64,000 nucleotides of DNA from Bacteroidales bacterium (GTDB lineage Bacteria > Bacteroidota > Bacteroidia > Bacteroidales > UBA10428), in assembly GCA_016929525.1 (NCBI GenBank), contig JAFGIP010000008.1, positions 34,749 to 98,748 on the forward strand. Reading direction: 5' to 3'. Below the pieces are notes generated by a model. That model ran no database searches. It was not told the DNA's origin and saw only the letters and a list, made by a program, of their open reading frames with translations. Below, in pieces: positions 9,945 to 19,604 of the stretch. The translations under genes were made by a program, and so were the position numbers. The first letter of the stretch is position 1. Every line of letters begins with the position of its first letter.

Positions 9945-12254
9945 ATGGGAAAAATAGCAGATAAATATTTTAAACTGGATCCCTGGGCAATTATCGAGGA
10001 AGGTTTTGATCCAATACACGGAAAAGTTGCTGAATCAATATTTTCACTGGGAAATGAATATATGGGGGCCCGGGGTTATTTTGAAGAAGGCTATAGTGGA
10101 CCAAAACATGTTGGCAGCTATTTCAACGGATTTTACGAAAGTTCAGAAGTATCTCATCCTGCTGTTTACAAAGGCTTTGTTCTTACCAATGTCGATCTTA
10201 CAAATTCTGTCGATTGGTTGCACGTTAGGATTTCCCTGGATGGTGAATTACTGGATATCGCCAAAAGTAAAATACAGAATTTCAAACGCAAACTGGAATT
10301 AAAAACAGGTACTCTAACACGTGAGTTTACCTGGAATACACAATCGGGCAAAAAAGTAAAAGTAGTATTCGAGCGTTTTACAAGCATGATTTGCAATAAT
10401 TTAGGCGGCCAGAAAGTTACTTTTGAACCCATTAATTTTTCGGGTAAATTAAAAATAATTTCCGGCCTTGACTTCTCAATACACGAAGAGAAACTTCCCG
10501 AAGGCAATATGGTCTGCCTCAGAAAAGAAAAACATGAGGATATATTTGCGGCGCTTGGACAAACCAGGAAAAGCAAATTGAGCCTTTTTTCAAGCTTCAG
10601 GATAGATGCTTCTGAGAAAATCAATCACAAGACTGTTCAGGATGACTTACGATTCGGGACAGAATTCACGCTGAACTTAAAAGAAGGTACTCCGTCCTCC
10701 TTCTCGAAAATAGTTATAAACTACGCTGATAAGAAAGAAAAGGCCGATGCTGATGAGGTGTGGAAAAAAGGTATGTCAGTTGCGGAAAAATACAAAACAA
10801 TTACATACGAAACTGCACACAAGGAACACATATCATTTTGGGAGGACGTTTGGAACAACTTCGATATTGTAATCGATGGTGACGATAAAAATCAGCAGGG
10901 AATACGATACTGTATCTATCAGATGCATCAGACTTATCATGGTCAGGACCCAAGTTTAAATATCGGTGCCAAAGGATTGACAGGCGAAGCATACGGAGGT
11001 AAGGCATTTTGGGATACCGAAGCGTATTGTCTTGCATTCTATATTTTCAATAATCCCACAGCCGCCCTTAACCTGTTAAAGTACAGATATAATTTCCTTC
11101 CGCAAGCTATTGCCCGTGCCAAACAACTCGATTGTAAAGGTGCATGCTATCCGATTGCCACCATCGATGGCCATGAAAATAGTGCGTTATGGCAACACAG
11201 CAGCATTCAGATTCATGTAAGTGGATCGGTAGCCTTTGGTATTTCGCAGTATGCCAGTGTAACCAAAGACAAAGAATTCCTTTATAAAGAAGGAATTGAA
11301 ATGCTGCTCCAGATTGCGCGTTTCTATGCAAGCAGGGCCCAGCAGGATCCTGAAACCAATGAATATGGCTATTATGGCGTAATGGGAGTTGATGAATTTC
11401 ATATGATGGTAAATAACAACTGCTTTGTGAACTATATGGGAAAGAAATCGATGGAATTCGCTCTCGATGTGGTTAATGAAATGAAAACTTCGGCACCTCA
11501 GAAATTAAAAGAAGTGGAAAAGAAAATCGATCTTCAGCTTTCTGAGCTGACGGAATGGGAGCAGATGTGTAAAAATATGGCAATGCCACAGGATAACGAA
11601 ACTGGAGTGTATGAGGAACACGATGGTTATTTCAGATGGCCGCACATTGATATTCATTCGATACCTGTTGAAGATTTCCCTTTGTACCATAACTGGTCGT
11701 ACGACAGGATATATCGTTACGATATGATTAAACAACCGGATGTATTGATGATGATGTTTTTATATAACCAGGATTTCAGTCAAAATATAAAAAAGGTGAA
11801 TTACGAATTTTATGAACCAAGGTGCATTCATGAGTCGTCGCTTTCACCATCGGTACATTCAATACTTGCGGCCGAAATCGGTAAACATGATGAAGCATCG
11901 GAATTTTTCGGATTTGCAACCCGGTTAGATCTCGATGATTATAACCGCAATACATTCGAAGGTTTACATTTAACATCGATATCAGCAGCCTGGATGAATA
12001 TTGTTTTTGGATTTGGCGGGATGCGTACAGATGGAGATATTCTCGTTTTTGCCCCCTCAATTCCTAAAACCTGGAAATCATTTTCTTTCCGCATTATATA
12101 TCAGGAAGCAACACTGAATATTACTGTTGATAAAACCAAGGCCCGGTTTAAAACCAATGGAACAACTGTAACGTTAAAAATATACGGCAAAACTTATTCT
12201 ATTGGCTCTGAAGAGGTAAGCATTGATATTCCTGACTTTTATATTGCTAAATAA
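9945..12254 (+). CDS. GH65 glycoside phosphorylase (maltose/trehalose/kojibiose phosphorylase-like)
   Basis: IGAKGLTGEAYGG..FWDTE, catalytic G(V)DEFH, KQPDVL and HESSLS motifs; adjacent to beta-phosphoglucomutase. Confidence 0.92.
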   Translation: MGKIADKYFKLDPWAIIEEGFDPIHGKVAESIFSLGNEYMGARGYFEEGYSGPKHVGSYFNGFYESSEVSHPAVYKGFVLTNVDLTNSVDWLHVRISLDGELLDIAKSKIQNFKRKLELKTGTLTREFTWNTQSGKKVKVVFERFTSMICNNLGGQKVTFEPINFSGKLKIISGLDFSIHEEKLPEGNMVCLRKEKHEDIFAALGQTRKSKLSLFSSFRIDASEKINHKTVQDDLRFGTEFTLNLKEGTPSSFSKIVINYADKKEKADADEVWKKGMSVAEKYKTITYETAHKEHISFWEDVWNNFDIVIDGDDKNQQGIRYCIYQMHQTYHGQDPSLNIGAKGLTGEAYGGKAFWDTEAYCLAFYIFNNPTAALNLLKYRYNFLPQAIARAKQLDCKGACYPIATIDGHENSALWQHSSIQIHVSGSVAFGISQYASVTKDKEFLYKEGIEMLLQIARFYASRAQQDPETNEYGYYGVMGVDEFHMMVNNNCFVNYMGKKSMEFALDVVNEMKTSAPQKLKEVEKKIDLQLSELTEWEQMCKNMAMPQDNETGVYEEHDGYFRWPHIDIHSIPVEDFPLYHNWSYDRIYRYDMIKQPDVLMMMFLYNQDFSQNIKKVNYEFYEPRCIHESSLSPSVHSILAAEIGKHDEASEFFGFATRLDLDDYNRNTFEGLHLTSISAAWMNIVFGFGGMRTDGDILVFAPSIPKTWKSFSFRIIYQEATLNITVDKTKARFKTNGTTVTLKIYGKTYSIGSEEVSIDIPDFYIAK

Positions 12255-12301
12255 TTTTAATTGACTATCAAAAATCATACACATAACGAACTGAAAAGTA
12301 A

Positions 12302-12365
12302 GACATTCCTGCGCAGGCAGGAATCCAGTCAAAATACCTGGATTCCGTGTCAAGCACGGAATAAC
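12302..12365. repeat. REP-like composite palindromic element
   Basis: ATTCCTGC-GCAG-GCAGGAAT hairpin, CCAG-N9-CTGG, then ATTCCGTG-TCAAG-CACGGAAT hairpin; GC-rich within an AT-rich intergenic region. Confidence 0.75.
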
Positions 12366-12454
12366 CCATAATATAGATGTAAATTATTCTTGAATCAATA
12401 CTAATTTATTTTATATAACCTGAAAAAGTAACAAGCTGATTAAATATATTTTAA

Positions 12455-13105
12455 ATGATTAAAGGAGTAATTTTCGATTTAGACGGAGTGATTGTTTCAA
12501 CCGACGAATTCCATTACCAGGCATGGCAACAGATGGCCGACGAAGAAGGTATTTATTTCGATCGTCATATCAACGAGCGTTTGAGAGGGGTAAGCCGCAT
12601 GGAAAGCCTTGAAATAATACTGGAAAGAGCAAGAAAACAGTATTCCGAAGATCAAAAAACTGAATTGGCAACCCGGAAGAACAATTACTATAAAGTATTA
12701 CTGGACACTCGTTTATCACCAAAAGACATACTTCCCGGAGTTATGAAAGTTTTAACCGACCTGAAGAATAGCAATATAAAAATTGCAATTGGTTCTTCGA
12801 GTCGTAATTCTCCGTCAATATTGAAACATATAGACCTGGAAGCATTCTTTGATGCCACAGCCGATGGCAATGATATCAAAAAAAGCAAGCCGGACCCTGA
12901 AGTGTTTTTAATCGCAGCTCAGCGATTAGGATTAGAACCTGATGAATGTGTAGTAGTAGAAGATGCCGAAGCCGGTATAACTGCGGCACTGAATGGCGGT
13001 ATGAAAGCGCTTGCTGTGGGTTCTGCTATCTCGGATAAAAGAGCTCATTTTGCTGCAAAAGATCTTGCTGAAATAACCATCGATCAAATCATCAACATTT
13101 CTTAA
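12455..13105 (+). CDS. pgmB: Beta-phosphoglucomutase (HAD superfamily)
   Basis: FDLDGV, HYQAW, LRGVSRMESL, SKPDPEVF, VEDAEAG motifs. Confidence 0.95.
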   Translation: MIKGVIFDLDGVIVSTDEFHYQAWQQMADEEGIYFDRHINERLRGVSRMESLEIILERARKQYSEDQKTELATRKNNYYKVLLDTRLSPKDILPGVMKVLTDLKNSNIKIAIGSSSRNSPSILKHIDLEAFFDATADGNDIKKSKPDPEVFLIAAQRLGLEPDECVVVEDAEAGITAALNGGMKALAVGSAISDKRAHFAAKDLAEITIDQIINIS

Positions 13106-13139
13106 TATTGTAATGTACTAAAGCTAATAACACTCTCAC

Positions 13140-14471
13140 ATGAAACAAAAACCCAATCTCACTTTCTGGCAGCTCTGGAACCTAAGTGTAGGATATATCG
13201 GAATCCAGCTTGGTTATTCCCTGCAGGGTCAGTCAAGTCGTATCTTTTCCATTTTGGGCGCTGAAGATCACAATTTACCCATACTTTGGTTAGGAGCACC
13301 ACTGGCCGGACTCCTCGTTCAACCGATCATCGGGTTATCAAGTGATAAAACCTGGACAAAACTCGGTAGACGTTTACCCTTCTTACTGGCAGGAGGTATT
13401 ATTGCTGTTCTGGCTATGATATTTATCGTCAATTCAGAATTAGCAGCTGTTCTGATGCCTGCCTATCTGTTTGCCGCTGTAATGTTACTTCTGATGGACT
13501 GTGCTTTTAATGTCAGCATGCAACCATTACGATCATTAGTCGGCGATATGGTAAACGACCAACAAAGGAACCAGGGTTTTTCCATCCAGATGATATTGTC
13601 AAATATTGGCGCTATTATCGGATTTGGTCTTCCGTTTATATTGACCAATGTGTTCGGTTTAAACAACGAATCAACAGATAGTCAAAAAATCCCGGCATCT
13701 TTATTATGGTCGTATTATATAGGAGGTGCTATATTAATTATCAGTGTTCTGTGGACAACTTTCCGTGTTAAAGAATATCCTCCAAAAGTATTTGCAGAAT
13801 ATAATAATCTCACGGAAGAAGATAAAAAGAAAGAATCTATTCTGAAAATTTTGAAGACCATACCACGTGTTATGTTCCAGGTAGCAATCGTTCAATTTTT
13901 CACGTGGTTTGCTTTATTCATACTCTGGAACTATATAGTAAACGGACTTGCAGAGAATGTATGGGCCATAACAGACAGATCATCTAAAGCATTTAATGAA
14001 GCCGGAGACTGGTGGGGTATAATGGGCGCTATGCAAAGTGTTTGTGCTTTTATATTTGCTTTTTTTATGGGGAAAATGGCCAACAATATAGGGCGTAAAA
14101 AGGTGTATTCCTTTTCGTTGTTTTTGGGTGCAATGGGCTTAATATCCGTGTATTTTTTCCACGATAAATATTTAATGCTTATATCAATGGCGGCTATGGG
14201 TATTGCAACCTCCGCTATGAATGCTATGCCTTTTGCTATTATCAGCGCTGCTATTCCTCCAACCAAAATGGGTGTATATATGGGAATATTTAATATTTCC
14301 ATTGTTATCCCGCAAATTATATTTGCTCTTATCGGAGGCTTTGTATTTAAATTTGTTGTCGGACTCGGAGGCAGCAATATTACTATGATTATCCTGGCCG
14401 GGGTATCAATGTTAATTGCCTCATTGGTTGTATTTATAATTAACGACAAAGATAGTTTAGTAACCGAATAA
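13140..14471 (+). CDS. MFS sugar transporter (maltose/sucrose-type)
   Basis: LWLGAPLAGLLVQPIIG..SD.TW..LGRRLPF and MGVYMGIFN..IVIPQI motifs; about 12 hydrophobic segments. Confidence 0.88.
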   Translation: MKQKPNLTFWQLWNLSVGYIGIQLGYSLQGQSSRIFSILGAEDHNLPILWLGAPLAGLLVQPIIGLSSDKTWTKLGRRLPFLLAGGIIAVLAMIFIVNSELAAVLMPAYLFAAVMLLLMDCAFNVSMQPLRSLVGDMVNDQQRNQGFSIQMILSNIGAIIGFGLPFILTNVFGLNNESTDSQKIPASLLWSYYIGGAILIISVLWTTFRVKEYPPKVFAEYNNLTEEDKKKESILKILKTIPRVMFQVAIVQFFTWFALFILWNYIVNGLAENVWAITDRSSKAFNEAGDWWGIMGAMQSVCAFIFAFFMGKMANNIGRKKVYSFSLFLGAMGLISVYFFHDKYLMLISMAAMGIATSAMNAMPFAIISAAIPPTKMGVYMGIFNISIVIPQIIFALIGGFVFKFVVGLGGSNITMIILAGVSMLIASLVVFIINDKDSLVTE

Positions 14472-14554
14472 AAAGCTGATTGAAAGGCCGGATTGAAAGA
14501 ACTTTTTATCAGAGACAGGGATAGACCTTTGTAAAACTCAGTAAGGTTATTATA

Positions 14555-14715
14555 GAATAACGGTCGGGTGTATGATGTCGATGGCGCCTGTCTGTTCATA
14601 AACCGGCAGGCAGGTTGCATTGCATTGTTTCTGATTAGCAAGATAAGAAAAAAGCCACTAATGCTCTTATCCGCCGTAACACAAACCCGCCTGTGACTTA
14701 TATTGGCTGTTAGAC
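14555..14715 (-). repeat. attC-like imperfect inverted-repeat element
   Basis: Minus strand begins GTCTAAC (fits RYYYAAC) and ends GTTATTC; plus-strand arms TAACGGTCGGGTGTA / TATATTGGCTGTTA pair using G:T wobbles. Confidence 0.5.
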
Positions 14716-14890
14716 ACTGGCGGTTTATATTCTCAATCAATTTATCTATCAGGATTACACCTCATTTCAATCTGGCGTTGGAATGGGAAGGGTGAAAAGG
14801 CTCCTGCCACAAATTTGGATTGTGAGCGGACTTGTGCGTTTGCGGCATGTGCCTTGCAACGAAGAGATGGCAGGTTGGCCTGAATGGCTG

Positions 14891-15380
14891 CTATTTGTTT
14901 TTAATGCTATTGTATTCTTCATCGGTGACAGGTTCCAGCCAAACTGCCCCTCCTTCATCAGTATTAAGGCTAATGGCAATATGTGAGAATTCACTATCGG
15001 GAGTGGCACCATGCCAATGTACAACGTTTGGCGGAATCCACATAATCACCCTTGCGCAATAATCGGGCAGGCTGGTTTTTTGCCTGGTAATACCCCTGGC
15101 CTTCAGTTATAAAAAGGATTTGACCACCCGGATGCAAGTGCCAGTTAGTTCTTGCTTTGAGTTCGAACGTTACATTGCCAAACCTGGCATGTAATGTGCT
15201 ATCGTTGGCTCCCATCATGTTCAACCACACGGTACCGGTAAAATTAGTGCTGGTTATTTTTTCTCCCTTGGGAAAACCAGGTACGCTTTGCCGGAGTGAT
15301 TCGTCTGTTTTTTTCTCTATATTGCATGCGGCCATCAGTATTATTATAAAAAGCAGACTGTATTTAAAATTGTATTTCAT
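14891..15380 (-). pseudogene. Cupin-domain lipoprotein, frameshifted near 15038
   Basis: ARTNWHLHPGGQILF..KGDYV continues in another frame as IPPNVVHWHGATPDSEFSHIAI..VWLEPVTDEEYNSIKNK, stop at 14891-14893. Confidence 0.8.
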
Positions 15381-15438
15381 CGTTGGTTCATTTATAATTT
15401 GTTTATTTCAGTTATTGTTTAGAGAATTATCTTCTTAC

Positions 15439-16185
15439 TTAAAGTTGTTGAGATTGCCTGTTTTTGATCACTTCATTTAAAACTGCCTGTGCATCTCTGG
15501 CTTCTTTCTCACCGACAGCTGATTTGATTATGTTTATGAATTGTTGTAATTGTTCCGGTGTATAACCCTGATAAATGCAGATATTTAAATGAGAACGTAA
15601 CATGGGTTCTGCGCCACCAATGCTGCTGAGTACCGATACGGTTACCAACTCTCTTTCGGAGTAAGTTAATACATCCCGATCAAAAATATCAGCAAACAGA
15701 TGTTCTTTCAGAAATATTTCAATTGTGGGTGCAAATTCAGCATAACCTATTTGAGTACCGGTGAGTGGCATGCCAATTAATTTTTCCAGATTCTCCCTGC
15801 CCCGTTCATATTTGCTTCGGTTATCATTTATCGGCGTAGCATCTTTACCCATTTCATCAGTTATACCATTTGCTTTGCGTTCCTCGAGAACTTCCATAAA
15901 AGTTTGCAACCCTCGAATACTTCGAGGAAATCCGCAATACGCATACAGATGGACAATCACTTCTTTTATTTCATTAATGGTCAATCCGGCATTTAAACCA
16001 TCATTCAGTGCAGATTTTAACAGCTGTAATTCTCCATTTGCCGTGTATGCAGCAATCGGAATAATATTTTGTTGCTTTGTACTTAAGGAATTATCAGGTT
16101 CTGCCATGTTTTGCGCATAAAGGCTTCCGATTAGGCAACAAATAATAGCCAATCCGTTGAATATTCTAAAAATCAACTTTTTCAT
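15439..16185 (-). CDS. Carboxymuconolactone decarboxylase (CMD/AhpD-like) family protein, two domains, signal peptide
   Basis: EIKEVIVHLYAYCGFPRS and HLFADIF.RDVL...RELVT motifs. Confidence 0.85.
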   Translation of the reverse strand: MKKLIFRIFNGLAIICCLIGSLYAQNMAEPDNSLSTKQQNIIPIAAYTANGELQLLKSALNDGLNAGLTINEIKEVIVHLYAYCGFPRSIRGLQTFMEVLEERKANGITDEMGKDATPINDNRSKYERGRENLEKLIGMPLTGTQIGYAEFAPTIEIFLKEHLFADIFDRDVLTYSERELVTVSVLSSIGGAEPMLRSHLNICIYQGYTPEQLQQFINIIKSAVGEKEARDAQAVLNEVIKNRQSQQL

Positions 16186-16357
16186 CCGTATTTAATTTTA
16201 TTTTTATGGTCGGATGGAACGCTCGATGAATTTTAATCATTTTCGTGTGTGTATTTTAAAATATTAAAATTCATGTTCGTTTCATCTGCTTAATTTTTAA
16301 TTATCAATTGCTCTCTCGTAAATCTTTGATCCGATTTTTTCTTTTTTATTTTCATGG

Positions 16358-18004
16358 TTAAATGCCGCCACGTGATTGAATACGAGCCCTAAACCTGAAA
16401 GCCTTTTCAATCACATCCAGTCTTGCTTTCCTGGGATCGGGCTTTCCGACAATTTTACCATCTGGCTGGATATCGAGTATCTCTTCATTTTCAGTGTTGT
16501 AATCGGGCCAAAGCGGCAGCCCTTTACCATTGGGATCACCGGTTTTGGCAAAGTTAACCCAATAGGCGTTCAACATTTGTGCTACCTTTTCATCTTCAGG
16601 TGTTGTTTCAGGGGCACCCCAACGTGCATCGAGATTGTTAAATACGTAGGTGATTTCTGACCCGTGTCCGGCGCCAAACTGCATCCGCTCCTGCATTGCG
16701 GCGGGGACATAACCATAATGGTAGATGAAAGCCGGTTCTCCATTGGCGACAATAGCCCTTGCGGCAAAACGGGCCGGTTCAGCCCATACCCAGTCTGTGT
16801 TAAACCTGGTGATTATTTCAGCAAACTCTTTGTCTCCATCAGGATCATAGGCAGTTTTTGCCTCATCCTCCAGTTCGCCGAACAGTGAAAACAGTTCTTC
16901 TTTTGAACTGCTGGAATTAACAAAACTTCCACCTATTTCGGCACTACAATTTCCGATTATTAGCGGAACCTTTGCCTGCCTGCCTGCCTTGTATGCACTC
17001 TCAGCAGTTTCTACAACAAGTTTACCATCGAGAATCGGGCCTGAATAAATACGCGGACCTCCCTGACCATCAGTTTCCTGACCTCCGTCCACAATCTCCT
17101 CTGCGCTCAGGGCGCGAAGCTTAGCCAGTGCGGCTGCATCCGTATCCTCTATACCATGTTTGCCGGCAAAATTTACTCCGATTGTTTCGGCTGAAACGGG
17201 GTAAAGAGGATCAGCATTTTCTTTATTCATCGACCTACCTGTAAGAACACCATCCCTGCCACCTCCGGATTCACTGATTGCTTTATGGAAAAGGCCTTTG
17301 GCATCAGGTATGGTCATGAGTGAATGTACTGATACGCCACCGGCAGAGAAACCGAAAATAGTAACATTGTTCGGGTCACCACCGAATGCGGCAATGTTTT
17401 GCTGTACCCAACTGAGTGCTGCAATCTGGTCCATAAAAGCATAACTACCCTTTGGTTCATCAGGATATTCCTCGCTTAAGGCCGGAAATGCAAAATGACC
17501 GAGACGTCCCAAACGATAGTTGAAAGTCATTAAGATTACACCTTGTTTGGCAAATTCTTCACCTGATGTAGCTGGTCCTGCCCCGCTACCCCCTAGAAAA
17601 GCGCCTCCATGAATCCATACCATAACAGGAAGCTTAGCTTTTGGCTTGGTTCCGGCAGGGATCCACAAATTAAGGTACAGGCAATCCTCTGATGAGCCTT
17701 CCGTAATTGACCCGGGAGCTGCTCCCCATCCTGCCTGCGCACAATTGGCTCCAAACTCGGTGGCATTCCGAATGCCTTCCCAAGGAGTTACAGGTTGCGG
17801 AGGACGCCAGCGAAATTCACCTACAGGAGGAGCAGCATAGGGAATTCCTTTATAACTCGTAACTTCTCCTTCAGTTATACCTTTAACGATTCCGGAGGCA
17901 ATGCTTACTATAGGCAACGATTCCGGAGTATCATTATAAATTGATTGCTGTGCAAATAAATTGCAACCGGTAATAATGACTAAACTCGTTAGAATTTTTT
18001 TCAC
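16358..18004 (-). CDS. Type-B carboxylesterase/lipase, secreted (GTG start)
   Basis: GIPYAAPPVG..RWRPP, SEDCLYLN, WIHGG, FGGDPNNVTIFGFSAGG nucleophile elbow, AGHGSE. Confidence 0.92.
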   Translation of the reverse strand: MKKILTSLVIITGCNLFAQQSIYNDTPESLPIVSIASGIVKGITEGEVTSYKGIPYAAPPVGEFRWRPPQPVTPWEGIRNATEFGANCAQAGWGAAPGSITEGSSEDCLYLNLWIPAGTKPKAKLPVMVWIHGGAFLGGSGAGPATSGEEFAKQGVILMTFNYRLGRLGHFAFPALSEEYPDEPKGSYAFMDQIAALSWVQQNIAAFGGDPNNVTIFGFSAGGVSVHSLMTIPDAKGLFHKAISESGGGRDGVLTGRSMNKENADPLYPVSAETIGVNFAGKHGIEDTDAAALAKLRALSAEEIVDGGQETDGQGGPRIYSGPILDGKLVVETAESAYKAGRQAKVPLIIGNCSAEIGGSFVNSSSSKEELFSLFGELEDEAKTAYDPDGDKEFAEIITRFNTDWVWAEPARFAARAIVANGEPAFIYHYGYVPAAMQERMQFGAGHGSEITYVFNNLDARWGAPETTPEDEKVAQMLNAYWVNFAKTGDPNGKGLPLWPDYNTENEEILDIQPDGKIVGKPDPRKARLDVIEKAFRFRARIQSRGGI

Positions 18005-18024
18005 ACTTAATGCATTTTATGAAT

Positions 18025-18471
18025 TTAATGACCGCCAGGTGTCATCAGTCTGGTGAACGAGAGCGAACCTAACTTCCAGCTTTCACCCTGTTTAATATAT
18101 ACTTCTGTTACCTCAAAAGGATTAGTTACCTCGTTGCCTCCAACTTCTGCCAATAAGGTAATTCTATTCAATAAAATGGCCGTATTGTCAATGATATTCA
18201 CCGAAACTTCATGGATATCGGCTTTCTTGTACCAAATTCCTCCACTCTTGATTATGCCTAGTTCCTGTTCGGTACCCCAGGAACCACCCATATGCACAAA
18301 CATGGCTTTTTCATGAAAGAGGTAATTCAATGTATCAGCATTCTTATCTGCCATCCATTGCCACTTTTCTTTGGATAGATTAATAATTTCATTCTCAGCG
18401 TCAGTATTTTGTGCGAAGGACAATTGCGCACAGAAGATAATTAGAAGTAATCCGGGAATTGTCGTTTTCAT
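18025..18471 (-). CDS. Nuclear transport factor 2-like (DUF4440) protein, signal peptide
   Basis: KWQWMADK..LFHEKAMFVHMGG..NPF.VTEVY..WKL pattern of SnoaL/NTF2-like fold. Confidence 0.75.
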   Translation of the reverse strand: MKTTIPGLLLIIFCAQLSFAQNTDAENEIINLSKEKWQWMADKNADTLNYLFHEKAMFVHMGGSWGTEQELGIIKSGGIWYKKADIHEVSVNIIDNTAILLNRITLLAEVGGNEVTNPFEVTEVYIKQGESWKLGSLSFTRLMTPGGH

Positions 18472-18498
18472 AATATTGTTTTAATTAATTATTAATTA

Positions 18499-19551
18499 TT
18501 ATAAATATTTCCCAAAGAACTCATTGAGTTTATTTATCGCCTGTTCAACATATTCAGGAACATAATAGGTTTGTATGTGTGTAGCACCATCAATCAGGAA
18601 TAATTCCTTCTCATTTGTGCCTGTTGCAAGATTGAATGCATTGTCGGTCATGTAATAGGTGTCGGCTTTGCTTCCCGCCATCATCAACAAGGGCTGATTG
18701 ATCAAATCCATGTTGGTGGTCGCGTCAAATGCCATCAGATCGAGCAGACTGCTCATGGTGTAACGGAATGTGGAATTGGGGTGCGTATGGGTTCTGTTGT
18801 AATAATAATGACCTTCGCGATACAGATCAAACGGCATTTTGTCTGCCATTTCATCGGTTATTTCTGTATCGGCAGCATAGCGAATTTCACCACCGGCAGC
18901 TTCCAGTGCACGGGCTTCAGAGGCTTGTTCCAATCGCTCCTGAATGGTTTCTAATTGAGAGTCTCGGAATCCATTTCGTCTGACTAAACCTGAATTAAAC
19001 ATACTTAAGGTAGCCACAGCCTTAAAGCGTTTATCGGTTTGAGCAGCAGCTAACGAATAGCCCCCACCACCACAAATGCCTAATAAACCAAGTTGTTCTT
19101 TATTAACACCTGCATATTGGGTAATAAAATCGGCCATTCCCCGAATGTCCTCGATACGAAAGGCCGGCTTATCCACATTACGCGGCTCTCCGCCACTGGC
19201 ACCCTGATAAGATGCATCGGCAGCAATAGTAATGTAACCTGATTCAGCCAAACGCTGTGCGTATAATCCGGCCACCTGCTCTTTAACTCCACCGTTGGGG
19301 TGGGCCACCACAACCGCCGGATATTTCTTTGACGGGTCAAAGTTGGCAGGTGTGTATACGTTGGCAGAGATATGAATACCATTTAGTTTATAAGTTACCG
19401 GATGAATATTCACCTCGCCAGACACATTATCTGTAATGACATCCTGATAAACCAGTCCAAAAGGGTTGTTAATCTTGGTTTGACCGGAAGAAATGATGCT
19501 TGTTGTCATAAACATAATTATCAAAATATGATTTCTAATTATTCTTTTCAT
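18499..19551 (-). CDS. Alpha/beta hydrolase (YcjY/dienelactone hydrolase-like, Cys nucleophile)
   Basis: HPNGGVKEQ..GLYA, DASYQGASGG.PR, GICGGGGY, IDGATH motifs. Confidence 0.85.
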   Translation of the reverse strand: MKRIIRNHILIIMFMTTSIISSGQTKINNPFGLVYQDVITDNVSGEVNIHPVTYKLNGIHISANVYTPANFDPSKKYPAVVVAHPNGGVKEQVAGLYAQRLAESGYITIAADASYQGASGGEPRNVDKPAFRIEDIRGMADFITQYAGVNKEQLGLLGICGGGGYSLAAAQTDKRFKAVATLSMFNSGLVRRNGFRDSQLETIQERLEQASEARALEAAGGEIRYAADTEITDEMADKMPFDLYREGHYYYNRTHTHPNSTFRYTMSSLLDLMAFDATTNMDLINQPLLMMAGSKADTYYMTDNAFNLATGTNEKELFLIDGATHIQTYYVPEYVEQAINKLNEFFGKYL

Positions 19552-19604
19552 TTTTTATCTCCTTCTTTTTAGTTTTATTCTTTTTGAATTAGCTTAAATC
19601 CCTG

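Noticed and set aside
13931-14740. 269-aa minus-strand ORF
   Set aside because: Mostly antisense to the MFS gene and runs through the repeat element; no protein motifs.
16290-16355. 21-codon minus-strand ORF MKIKKKKSDQRFTREQLIIKN between the esterase and CMD genes
   Set aside because: Too short to assess; could be a deletion scar but there is no supporting evidence.
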